Positions 18,608 through 28,984 of a DNA stretch of 64,000 bases are shown in pieces. Made by a program: the position numbers and the translations under genes. The stretch covers positions 3,401-67,400 of the forward strand of contig CAYZQO010000020.1 in the NCBI GenBank assembly GCA_964480725.1, written 5' to 3'. This DNA comes from an uncultured Polyangiaceae bacterium. Lineage in GTDB: Bacteria; Myxococcota_A; Polyangia; Polyangiales; Polyangiaceae. The notes under the pieces are model-generated. The model was not told the origin of the DNA. It saw only the letters and a program-made list of their open reading frames with translations, and did no database searches. Within the stretch, counting starts at the first letter, position 1. Each line of letters starts with the position of its first letter.

Positions 18608-18687
18608 CGCAGCGGAGGCGCGCAATGGCGGGCGCCTGAGCCCTCGGTGCGTGACACCGCCGAGCTCTGCTATCCTGGAGGCCTCGC

Positions 18688-21171
18688 ATGGCCGGGTCGG
18701 GCAACCGCACGCAGATCGCCGGAACCGCGCCCGGGAACCCGGCGCCGGAGGCTGACCTCGGCTGGGAGGCCATCGACGAAGAGGCGGTGCCCACCCCGGT
18801 CCGACCCCGCCGGGGGACGCCGGCGCCCGTGCCACAGTACGGACGCGCCGGGGGGGGGCCGAGCCAGGGGCCCTCTGGCCTCGAGCTGGCGGAGCTCGAA
18901 GACGCGCGGGAGGGGCAACGGAGCGACGACGATCTCGAGGCGGCGATCCCCACGGCGTGGAGCCCGCAGCGGCCGGCGGCGGCCGCCGCCGCAGTTCTGC
19001 CTCGCCCAGCAGCCGACTCGGCGGACGACGCCGGCGAGGAGTTCGACTTCGCCGCGGACCGCTCCGCGCCACCCTCGGCCAGCGTGCAGCCACCCCGCGA
19101 CCTCGGATCGCTGTCGCCACCCGGCGCCGGCGCCTGGTTGCTTCCCGCCTCCGAAACGCCAGGGCGCGACTCCGGGACCCCGGGCACGGAGCTCTCGCTG
19201 GGCGGGGCTCCGTCGCCACCGCCGGCGGCGCGCGGGCCGTTCGCGGTGGGACCCCACGGGACCGCGGCGCAACAGCCGGGGAACCTCTTCTCGGAGCCAG
19301 CGGATCTCGGTGAGCCGCTGCCCGACCTCGACCGCGAGCGAACGCGGATCGGGCGCGGCGACTCGATGGCGGCGCTCGACCTCGACCAGCGTGCCCGACC
19401 CGCGCACCTCGACCTGGGCGCCGATCTGGAGCTCGACTCGACCGCGCTGGTGGAGGCACGTCGCTCTCGCCGCGCGATGGCCCGTACCGCCGAGCGCGGC
19501 GCGACCGAGCCCCGGATCCCGCGCGCGGCGCCGGTCCCCGTCATCCTCGCGGAAGCCGCCCCGGCGCCGAGCGTGGCACCGGCTCTCGCTTTCCCGGAAC
19601 CGGAGCTGGCGTTGTCGCCAAACGCCGGCCGACCCGCTCCGGCGCCCCTCGGCGACGACGGACTGGCGCTGCCCTCCGCTCCCCCCACGAGCCACTCCCC
19701 CGCCCTTCCCAGCGACGACGGGCTGGGGCTGCCCTCCGCCCCCCCGGTGCACGCCGGCGCCACCCACGAGGTGCCCGAGCTCGAGGTCCCGCTGGCACCT
19801 CGCTTCGCGCGGCCCGTCACCGATGACCGTGGGCTCTCCTCCCGACCTCCGGAAGGGACCTCGGCAGCGAGCGGGCCACCGGGCGCACCGGGGGCCCCCG
19901 GGGACAGCGGCGCCCCCAGAACGACCAGCGGCGCCGACGAGCTCGCGAGCGATCGTCCGCAGCACCCGCCGCGCTCTCCGGTGCCCACCTCTCCGCCGAC
20001 CTCCTTCGACATGGATCTCGACGAGGTCCCCGGGGATCCCGCGGGGGCCGCCCTTGAGATCGCCTCCGCACCGGGGGCCTCCCCCGGCGCAGCGCCGGAC
20101 GGAAAGCCGCTGCCCACCGGTCGCACGCCGGATGCGGCGGCGCTGGGGGTTACGCGCGACCAGGCCGTACGGCTGGCGCGCTTCGGGGAGCCCCCCGCCG
20201 GCGCGCTACTCGCGCCGGCGTACGCCGCGCGCGTGCTGGTGCGCCGGCAGCAGCTCGCCGCGGAAGCCAAGGCGGCTCGCGCCGCGCTCACGCGCGCCGA
20301 GCGCGACCGCGACTTGGTCCTGGCGGAGGTCTTCGTCAAGTTCCGGGACCAGCTCAACGCGGTCGTCAAGCTCCCCGAGCAGGTCGAGCCCCCCCACGGC
20401 CCCGAAGCGGAGGCGAGCGGGCAGCGGCGCGAGTTCGCCCAGGTGAGCGCCGAGTACCAGCAACGGCAGCGCGGCCTCACCGTGCGCGCGACCCACGCGG
20501 ACCAGGTCGTCGCCGCACTCCGCCAGGCCCAGTCCGCGCGGGCCGAGGTCCACGCCCAGCGCCAGGGCGAGTTCAACCGCGTCGCAGCCCGGTTCCAGCG
20601 CCTCCAGATCGAGCGGCGCAACGCGCGACAGGCGGAGGGATCGAGCGCCCCGACGCCGATCGCGCGCGCCTCGAACCCGCCCCCCAACGAGGCGGCGACG
20701 CAGACCGCGCGCATCGAGCTGCAGCTCGGCAAGCTCTACCCGGTGGCGAAGCGGCTCCAGGCCGCGATGGAGGAGGCCGAGCGCGAGCTCCACGCCGCGG
20801 AGCAGGCCACCCGTGAAGCCGAGGGTCGGATCAAGCTGATCGAGGCGGAGCGCAAGGCGGTGGACCTCTGGTACGCGAGAGAGACTCGCCACGTGGACGC
20901 GAGCCTCGCCGCCGCCGAGGGCGCGTACGTCACCGCACGCGCCGACGTCGTCCGGACGGCGCTCTCGATCGGGTCGGCGCACCTGCCCGTCAAGACCCTC
21001 GACCTGCTCCGCGATCAGGACGATCGCGTGCGGGAGCTCGCCGCCGCCAGCCACCGGCTGGAGCTCGCCCTCGCCTCGGTGGACGCCGATCGGTATCGCC
21101 AGGGGCTCGTCTCTGGCCTGACCCTGCTCGCGGCCCTGCTGCTCGTGATCCTGCTGCTCGTGCTCTTCTGA
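18688..21171 (+). CDS. Pro/Ala-rich, coiled-coil, C-terminally membrane-anchored protein (unknown function)
   Basis: A GGAGG SD lies 6 nt upstream of ATG 18688 and the frame has a strong GC3 bias. About 480 aa are low-complexity Pro/Ala/Gly, followed by about 300 aa of heptad-like Arg/Glu/Ala/Gln sequence. The C-terminus is a single hydrophobic helix, GLTLLAALLLVILLLVLF. Confidence 0.65.
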   Translation: MAGSGNRTQIAGTAPGNPAPEADLGWEAIDEEAVPTPVRPRRGTPAPVPQYGRAGGGPSQGPSGLELAELEDAREGQRSDDDLEAAIPTAWSPQRPAAAAAAVLPRPAADSADDAGEEFDFAADRSAPPSASVQPPRDLGSLSPPGAGAWLLPASETPGRDSGTPGTELSLGGAPSPPPAARGPFAVGPHGTAAQQPGNLFSEPADLGEPLPDLDRERTRIGRGDSMAALDLDQRARPAHLDLGADLELDSTALVEARRSRRAMARTAERGATEPRIPRAAPVPVILAEAAPAPSVAPALAFPEPELALSPNAGRPAPAPLGDDGLALPSAPPTSHSPALPSDDGLGLPSAPPVHAGATHEVPELEVPLAPRFARPVTDDRGLSSRPPEGTSAASGPPGAPGAPGDSGAPRTTSGADELASDRPQHPPRSPVPTSPPTSFDMDLDEVPGDPAGAALEIASAPGASPGAAPDGKPLPTGRTPDAAALGVTRDQAVRLARFGEPPAGALLAPAYAARVLVRRQQLAAEAKAARAALTRAERDRDLVLAEVFVKFRDQLNAVVKLPEQVEPPHGPEAEASGQRREFAQVSAEYQQRQRGLTVRATHADQVVAALRQAQSARAEVHAQRQGEFNRVAARFQRLQIERRNARQAEGSSAPTPIARASNPPPNEAATQTARIELQLGKLYPVAKRLQAAMEEAERELHAAEQATREAEGRIKLIEAERKAVDLWYARETRHVDASLAAAEGAYVTARADVVRTALSIGSAHLPVKTLDLLRDQDDRVRELAAASHRLELALASVDADRYRQGLVSGLTLLAALLLVILLLVLF

Positions 21172-21272
21172 CTCGGGCTTCGCCCCGCCGGCTCCGGACC
21201 GCCCCCCCGAGCGTCGACCCGGGTTCGGGTCCGCTGGTGAGGGTAGGAGCGCCGCGGGGCTTGCGCGTTTAG

Positions 21273-21286
21273 TTAACCTAGGTTAA
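21273..21286. promoter_or_regulatory. Perfect 14-bp palindrome TTAACCTAGGTTAA, candidate MarR operator overlapping a sigma70-like promoter
   Basis: It sits in an AT-rich island in 70% GC DNA, 20 nt upstream of the marR ATG. It lies between TTGCGC (21261-66) and TAATAA/TAATCT (21284-92). Confidence 0.45.
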
Positions 21287-21305
21287 TAATCTCCTCGTGT
21301 AGAGC

Positions 21306-21761
21306 ATGCCCACCGACCGCGCCACCGTCCACGAGGCCATCGTGACCCTCGGACGCCTCACCGAGGCGTTCCAGCAGCGCCGCGAGCAGCTCGCCCGGGG
21401 CGCCGGGATCACGGAGCGTCAGTGGTCGGTGCTGGAGGAGATCTCCACCGAGCACTTCATGCCGAGCATGTTCGCCCACCGCAGCGCGAGCTCGCCGGCC
21501 GCGGTGTCCAAGGTCGTCGGCAAGCTGGCCGAGAAGGGCCTGATCAGCGTGTCGCTGTCGAAGCGCGACGGTCGCCAGCGGGACTACGTCCTGACGGCGC
21601 GGGGGCGCCGCGCGATGACCACGCTCCGCGCGGCCCGCGAGGCCGCGATCGCGGACGTGTGGCTCGCGCTCGAGGACCGCGACGTGCGCGAGTTCGTCCG
21701 CGTCGGACAGAAGCTAACGGTGCGCCTCGAGCAGTACGCGCACCGGGCCAAGAAGGAGTGA
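21306..21761 (+). CDS. MarR-family transcriptional regulator
   Basis: It is 151 aa with a winged-helix region: [12 protein letters not shown]......[36 protein letters not shown]. Confidence 0.85.
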   Translation: MPTDRATVHEAIVTLGRLTEAFQQRREQLARGAGITERQWSVLEEISTEHFMPSMFAHRSASSPAAVSKVVGKLAEKGLISVSLSKRDGRQRDYVLTARGRRAMTTLRAAREAAIADVWLALEDRDVREFVRVGQKLTVRLEQYAHRAKKE

Positions 21762-21768
21762 CGCCGTC

Positions 21769-23190
<1,422 letters not shown>

Positions 23191-23207
23191 CGTCCAGGAG
23201 GATCAGC

Positions 23208-23816
23208 ATGAACGACTCAAAGCGCATCGTGATCCGCGGCCGCGCCGTTCCCCTGCACGGCAACGACATCGACACCGACCGCATCATCCCCGCCCGGTAC
23301 CTCCGGACGGTGACCTTCGAGGGCCTCGGCGAGCACGCCTTCGAGGACGACCGCGCGGCCCTGGCCGCGCGCGGCGAGCGCCACCCCTTCGACGACCCGC
23401 GGTACCGGGGGGCGCGGGTGCTCCTGGTGAACCAGAACTTCGGCTGCGGCTCCTCCCGGGAGCACGCGCCGCAGGCGCTCGTGCGCTGGGGGATCGAGGT
23501 CGTCGTCGGCGAGAGCTTCGCGGAGATCTTCTACGGCAACTGCATCTCCCTCGGGATCCCCTGCCCCACGGTGAGCCAGGCCGTCGCGAGCGAGCTGATG
23601 GCGCTGGTCGAAGGCGATCCCTCGCTCGAGATCGCCGTGGACCTCGAGCATCGCCGGCTCACCGCCGGCACTCGGGAGCTGCCGTTCGAGATGCCCGACG
23701 GACCCCGGCACCAGTTCCTCGAGGGCCGCTGGGACACGACGGGTGAGCTGTTGGCGGCGGCGGACGCGATCCGCGCGACGGCGGCGGCGTTGCCGTACCT
23801 GCGCGGCTTCCGCTGA
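23208..23816 (+). CDS. leuD: 3-isopropylmalate dehydratase small subunit
   Basis: An AGGAGG SD precedes ATG 23208. [15 protein letters not shown] and [15 protein letters not shown] are present. Confidence 0.93.
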   Translation: MNDSKRIVIRGRAVPLHGNDIDTDRIIPARYLRTVTFEGLGEHAFEDDRAALAARGERHPFDDPRYRGARVLLVNQNFGCGSSREHAPQALVRWGIEVVVGESFAEIFYGNCISLGIPCPTVSQAVASELMALVEGDPSLEIAVDLEHRRLTAGTRELPFEMPDGPRHQFLEGRWDTTGELLAAADAIRATAAALPYLRGFR

Positions 23817-24074
23817 GCCGCCCGCGCGACGGGGCCCGCTCACCGCGGCGGGCCCGTCCTCGCCCGCGGGGTAGGACCCCAACGCAGCCGCCCCTACAGT
23901 GCCTCGGGGCTGCAACAATTCCGTGGGATTGCGGATGGAAAGGGCAGCGCCGTATCGGTTGTGACCCGCACGCGCGGTCGCCGCGCGCTATCCTGACGTG
24001 TCCTGAATCGACGCGGCGGGCCGGCGGCGCGACCCCGAGGCCCGAAGCGCGCCCAACCGGAGGATCCGCCCGCC

Positions 24075-25370
24075 ATGATCTTGCTTCATCGCCTCGTCCC
24101 CCCGGCGCTCGTCGCGCTCTCCCTCGGCGCCTGCGGAGACAGCGATCCCCCGGGCTGTCCGGCGGGCTTCGTCTTGTGCGCCGCCAACAACACCTGCGTG
24201 CTTTCCGCCGCCGATTGCTGCACCGGGGGCGACTGCGCCTGCCCGGGCGGGCAGACCGACTGCGGCGGGACCTGCGTCGACCTGAACAGCAGCGCGGCCA
24301 ACTGCGGCTCCTGCGGCGCGGCCTGCACGGGCGGCGCGGTCTGTTCGGTGGGCGTCTGCTCCACCGCCGGCTGCGGCAACGGCCTCACGCTCTGCGGGAG
24401 CGACTGCGTGAACCTGATGGAGCACGGGAACCACTGCGGCGAATGCGGCCTCACCTGCGACGCCGGGGCCCTCTGCGTCCAGGGGATCTGCACGGTCCCC
24501 GAGGTGGTGAACCCCGGGTGCGGCGAGAACCAGTACCTGTGCGACGGGGTCTGCGTGAACCACAACGGCCTCAACTGCGGCGGCTGCGGCCTCGCCTGCC
24601 GCGCCGGCGAGGTCTGCACGTCCACCGGTTGCGTGGGGCCCACGGTCGTCGAGTGCGATCCCACCGACAACCCGACCACGGAGCTCTGCGGCCAGTGGGA
24701 CCGGCTGGGCGTGAACTGCAGCGAGTACATCTACCAGAACAACCGCTGGAACGAGGCTGCCGCGAGCCAGACCCTCTGCGCCACCGTCACCGGGAACAGC
24801 TTCACCGTCTCGAGCTCGAGCCTCAGCGTGGGCACGTCGGGGGGCCCGGCGGCCTACACCTCGTTCTTCAAGGGGTGCCACGAGTCGACCTGCAGCGACG
24901 CGACCAAGTCGAACCTGCCGATCCAGGTGAGCGCGCTCAGCTCGGCGACGTCGAGCTGGAGCTTCTCGACGGCGGGCGGCAGCTACAACGTCTCCTACGA
25001 CCTGTGGATCCTGCCGGGCAGCGGCGCGACCTACGAAACCACCGCAGGCGGCACGGAGCTCATGATCTGGCTCGATCGTAGCGGGGTACAGCCGATCGGC
25101 AGCCAGCAGGCGACGGCGACCGTCGACGGCACGAGCTGGGCCATCTGGTGGGGAGGCAGCTACTCGACCGGAGCGAACGTCATCTCCTACGTCCGCTCCA
25201 CCTCGACCAACAGCGTGACCAACCTCAACCTCAAGGCGTTCATCGACGACGCAGTCAGCCGCGGGCAGGCGTCCAGCAGCAACTACCTTAAGTCGATCGA
25301 GGCCGGCTTCGAGATCTGGAACGGCGGCCAGGGGATGAAGACCAACTCGTTCAGCGCCTCGGCGAACTGA
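24075..25370 (+). CDS. Lipoprotein with Cys-rich repeats and a C-terminal GH12-type endo-beta-1,4-glucanase domain
   Basis: The lipobox is LVALSLGAC. There are five CV(D/N)L...NCG.CG..C..G..C repeats. The C-terminal domain has GH12 hallmarks YNVSYDLWI, GTELMIWL (nucleophile Glu) and IEAGFEIW (acid/base Glu). Confidence 0.8.
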   Translation: MILLHRLVPPALVALSLGACGDSDPPGCPAGFVLCAANNTCVLSAADCCTGGDCACPGGQTDCGGTCVDLNSSAANCGSCGAACTGGAVCSVGVCSTAGCGNGLTLCGSDCVNLMEHGNHCGECGLTCDAGALCVQGICTVPEVVNPGCGENQYLCDGVCVNHNGLNCGGCGLACRAGEVCTSTGCVGPTVVECDPTDNPTTELCGQWDRLGVNCSEYIYQNNRWNEAAASQTLCATVTGNSFTVSSSSLSVGTSGGPAAYTSFFKGCHESTCSDATKSNLPIQVSALSSATSSWSFSTAGGSYNVSYDLWILPGSGATYETTAGGTELMIWLDRSGVQPIGSQQATATVDGTSWAIWWGGSYSTGANVISYVRSTSTNSVTNLNLKAFIDDAVSRGQASSSNYLKSIEAGFEIWNGGQGMKTNSFSASAN

Positions 25371-25401
25371 GCTGGTCGGACCGCCACGGGCGGGGGGTGC
25401 G

Positions 25402-25436
25402 GGGCGCCGACCCGAGCCAGGCTCGAGACGGCGCCC
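25402..25436. terminator. GC-rich hairpin between convergent genes (possible bidirectional terminator)
   Basis: GGGCGCCG (25402-09) pairs with CGGCGCCC (25429-36), with an inner CGAGC/GCTCG helix. There is no U-tract. Confidence 0.35.
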
Positions 25437-25442
25437 GCCCGC

Positions 25443-28400
25443 TCACTTGACGGCGACCGCGAGGGTCTTGCCGCCCGGCGCCGCGACCTGCTTCCGCTCG
25501 CCCTTGCCCACGGTCACCGTGGACTGGGCCGCGACCGACACGCCGTCGCGATCCACGTCGACCTCGACCGGGACTCCCTGGACGACGACCGTGAAGACCA
25601 CCCGGGCCACGTGCGCGGGCAGCGCTGGGACGACGGTGACGCCGTCCCCGGTCACGGACAGCCCGGCCCACGTCTTGACGATTACGTCCGTCGCCGGGAG
25701 CGACTTGGCGATGAAGGGCGCGACCTGGGCCTCGTCCCAGGCCGCGGGGCCCGGCGCCGGCGCGCCGAGGACGACCCGCGCGGGCAGTCCGGCCGCGAGC
25801 TGGGCCTCGCGGGTGCTGGCCGCGATCATACGGTGGAACGTCTCCAGCCGGACCATGCGCTGAGCGACCCGATCGCCCTCGACCCCGACGTCGACCCGGT
25901 CCCAGAGCGTGTGCCAGACCGCCTGGTGGAGGAGAAGCACGTCGTCGAACCCGTCGGCCTCGCGCGCCGCCTCGCGAGCAGCGGTGACGAAGCAGGGGAC
26001 GTCGTCGTCGGTCGAGGTGAAGATGCCAACGATCTTCTCGAGGGAGATGGTGCGCCCCGCCTCGGCCTCGAGCTCGAAGACCTCGAGCGCCACGCCGCTC
26101 GCCGTCTCCACCCGCGACTCGAGCTCGATCTCCACGCCGCCGTCGTACAGACGGTGGCGGGCCCCGCAGGCCACCTCGACGGGACGCTCCCCGGCGGTCT
26201 TGACCTGGACGAACAGGCCGCCCGGCGTGGCGCCCTGGGTCACCGGCGCGGCCGCGCCGACGGTGCCATCGATCCCGGAGCGGAGGGCGATCGTCCCCGA
26301 GTAGTTCAGCGGGGTGACGGAGAGCTCGAGCGCCGCCACGTGAACCTCGGCCGCGCTGGCGAACCGACGGCTCTCGATCCGTGTCAGCCGCCCGGCCTTG
26401 TCGCGTACTACCAGGGTGCGCGACAGGGTACCGTCCAGCATGTCGAGCTCCTGCCGATAGCTCACGATCTGCATCCGGAACGGCGAGACGTACTCCCCGC
26501 GGCCGATCTTGAGCTCGCAGCGCGTCCAGTCGAGCACGGCGCCGCCGGGCGCGGCGGCGACCCGAGTGCCGGGGGCGTGGACGCCGTCGGGGCGACAGAG
26601 CTCGCTGGCGCCGCTCACCCCGAGGTACCCGTTGCCCACGGTGCCCAGGGCCGCCCGCAACGGCTCCTCGCTCGGCTCGAAGGTGTCGAACCGGAGCGAC
26701 CAGGCGTCGGTGGCGATGCCGCTCTCGAACCAGTCGAAGACGTCGTCGACCGAGATGTCGCCGAGATCGGTCACCACCACGTCGGCGCCGACCTTGGTGA
26801 GCTCGTGCCCGTCGATGTCCCGGGCGATGCCCAGCACCATCCCGAAGTTGCCGCGATATCCCGCGGTGACGCCCGAGATCGCGTCCTCGATCATCATCGT
26901 CTCCCCGGGGGTGAAGCCGAGGTTCTTGGCCGCGACGACGAAGATGTCCGGATCGGGCTTGCCGCTGAGGCCGAGCTCGGCGGAAACCACACCGCAGACG
27001 CGGGTTTCGAACAGGTCCTCGAGCTTGGCCTTCTGCAGGACGAGCTGGGTGTTCTTGCTGCTCGACGCGACGCCGACCCGGATGCCCCGGGCCTTCAGCT
27101 CGCGGATGAAGTTGACGCTCGAGGGGAAGACGTGGGCGCCCTTCTCCTTGAGGACGGCCTGGAAGGAGACGTTCTTGCGGTTGCCGAGCCCGCAGACCGT
27201 CTCCAGATCGGGCGCGTCTTCCGGCGTGCCGTACTCGAGGGTGATGCCGCGCGAGGCGAGGAAGTCGTTCACGCCCTTGTAGCGCGGCTTGCCGTCGACC
27301 CACTTGAGGTAATCCTCGCCGGTGAACTCCGCGAACGGCTCCCCCCGCGCCTTCGCCCGCCGCGCGAGGAACTCGTCGAACATCACCTTCCAGGCGGCGG
27401 AGTGGACCTTCGCCGTCTCGGTCACCACGCCGTCCAGATCGAAGATGGCGCACTTGAAGCCCGCAGGGCGGACCCGCTGCTGGCGCGTCGCCAGGCGGTT
27501 GAGCACCGTCACCAGCACGTCCACCTCGGGCACGATGATGGCGTTGGGGCAGGTCTTGCGGACCTCTGCCATCAGCGCCTCGTCACGAGTGACGAACATC
27601 GCCCAGACGTCCTTGGACTTGGCCATGCAGGCCTTCACCAGCGGCAGATCGCCCTTGGTGTCGCCGCACACGAGCGTCGGCCCCTGGTCGAGCCCGAGCC
27701 CCAGCTCGCGGTCGAGGAAGAAAAGGCCGTCGGCCTTGGAGAACTCGCCCTCGGAGGCCCCCTTGAGGATGATCTCGATGTCGAGCTTCATGTCGATGAG
27801 GCCGAAGTCGGTCCCGCCGGGGTCGACCTCCTTCATGACCCCCCGCACCACCTCCAGGAAGGCGAGCGACTCGTCCTCGGGGATGGATTTGGAGATGTCC
27901 TGACGCGCGAGGGTCGTCTCGCCGAACTTGAACTGCAGTCCGGAGCCGATGAGGCTGAACTTCTCGTACTCGGGCCGGGCGACCAGGGCCGCCAGGCGTC
28001 GGTTCAGCTCGTCGAGCTTGGCCTGCTGGGATGCCTCGATGGGGAACGTGCGGCGCACGCCCTCCTTGTCGATGAACTCGCGGGCCTTGGAGGCCGCGTA
28101 GATGTACGCGCCGACGGGCATGACGCTCACGTCGGCGACGCCGGGGTTGAGCAGCGGCGCGGAGGTCACCACCGTGGCGCTATTGGCGCGACCTCGCGAG
28201 AACCGGGTCAGGTAGATCGCGTTGTACGCGCTCTGGATGCTCGATCGGTAGCGCCCGCAGTAGTTGGAGATGGTGCCGTCCCGGTCGGTGACGAAGTTAT
28301 TGAAGTGGATCCCTTCCAGAGCCACCAGGGCCTCGACCACGCGGCGCTCGAACTGCTCGTGGATACCAGTGAGGTAGAGGTCGAAGGCAGCCTCGCCCTG

Positions 28401-28655
28401 CTGGAAGAAGACGAGATCCTTCTTGAGCTCGCCAATCTCGTAGTCGAGCTCGACGTCGATCTGCTTGGAGGCATCGAGCATCAGCTGGCGGCGGCCGTTC
28501 TGCTCCGGGATCGCCTCCAGCGTGGCGAGCGCGCGCTCGAGCTCGGCGAGCTTGCCGGCGTCGACGGTCCGCGCGTCGACGTAGCTTCGGACCATGGCCA
28601 CGCGGACGTCGCGCGTGTGCTCCATCAGTTCGTAGAATTCCTTGAGTGTTCGCAT
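25443..28655 (-). CDS. Triple-fusion protein: HAD (trehalose-phosphatase-like) + beta-phosphoglucomutase-type HAD + GH65 N- and C-terminal domains without the catalytic barrel
   Basis: The start is ATG 28655 (MRTLKEFYELM). Domain 1 has FVTDRDGTI ... LVCGDTKGD. Domain 2 has CAIFDLDGVVTET ... GKPDPDIF ... EDAISGV. Domain 3 has AWSLRFDTF...ALGTVGNGYLGVSG and ...VAQRMVRLETFHRMI, and then passes directly into a C-terminal beta-sandwich-like tail. The 191 upstream codons of the track ORF look non-coding. Confidence 0.8.
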   Translation of the reverse strand: MRTLKEFYELMEHTRDVRVAMVRSYVDARTVDAGKLAELERALATLEAIPEQNGRRQLMLDASKQIDVELDYEIGELKKDLVFFQQGEAAFDLYLTGIHEQFERRVVEALVALEGIHFNNFVTDRDGTISNYCGRYRSSIQSAYNAIYLTRFSRGRANSATVVTSAPLLNPGVADVSVMPVGAYIYAASKAREFIDKEGVRRTFPIEASQQAKLDELNRRLAALVARPEYEKFSLIGSGLQFKFGETTLARQDISKSIPEDESLAFLEVVRGVMKEVDPGGTDFGLIDMKLDIEIILKGASEGEFSKADGLFFLDRELGLGLDQGPTLVCGDTKGDLPLVKACMAKSKDVWAMFVTRDEALMAEVRKTCPNAIIVPEVDVLVTVLNRLATRQQRVRPAGFKCAIFDLDGVVTETAKVHSAAWKVMFDEFLARRAKARGEPFAEFTGEDYLKWVDGKPRYKGVNDFLASRGITLEYGTPEDAPDLETVCGLGNRKNVSFQAVLKEKGAHVFPSSVNFIRELKARGIRVGVASSSKNTQLVLQKAKLEDLFETRVCGVVSAELGLSGKPDPDIFVVAAKNLGFTPGETMMIEDAISGVTAGYRGNFGMVLGIARDIDGHELTKVGADVVVTDLGDISVDDVFDWFESGIATDAWSLRFDTFEPSEEPLRAALGTVGNGYLGVSGASELCRPDGVHAPGTRVAAAPGGAVLDWTRCELKIGRGEYVSPFRMQIVSYRQELDMLDGTLSRTLVVRDKAGRLTRIESRRFASAAEVHVAALELSVTPLNYSGTIALRSGIDGTVGAAAPVTQGATPGGLFVQVKTAGERPVEVACGARHRLYDGGVEIELESRVETASGVALEVFELEAEAGRTISLEKIVGIFTSTDDDVPCFVTAAREAAREADGFDDVLLLHQAVWHTLWDRVDVGVEGDRVAQRMVRLETFHRMIAASTREAQLAAGLPARVVLGAPAPGPAAWDEAQVAPFIAKSLPATDVIVKTWAGLSVTGDGVTVVPALPAHVARVVFTVVVQGVPVEVDVDRDGVSVAAQSTVTVGKGERKQVAAPGGKTLAVAVK

Positions 28656-28984
28656 GGGGGGTCTCTCTCGATACGGCCGCAGCCGGCGCGGCGGGGGGGG
28701 GCGATGCACGCTGTCCGTGGCCCCGCCGGAGCACCGGCGCTCGCGGCGCCGATCCAGGTCGCGGGGGGCCAGGGCGCGGCGGAACTTAGCCGATCCGGGA
28801 GCGCCATCCCAGCGGAGACTCGGCCGCGGCCTCGCCCGGCGCCCGCCCGGGGCCCCCGCTGCCGGTGGGCACCCCAGCCCGAGCCAAGACTGCCCTATGG
28901 ACCCTGGACCCGCCGCGACCCCGGGGGGGGGGGGCAGGGGCGAGCGCCCGCCGGCGACCCCTCGGGTCGGGCGGCGCCGAACCG

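Noticed and set aside
21273-21286. The TTAACCTAGGTTAA palindrome as an IS terminal inverted repeat or insertion scar.
   Set aside because: It is a single copy in the window, with no transposase and no target-site duplication. Its position over a promoter directly upstream of marR fits an operator better.
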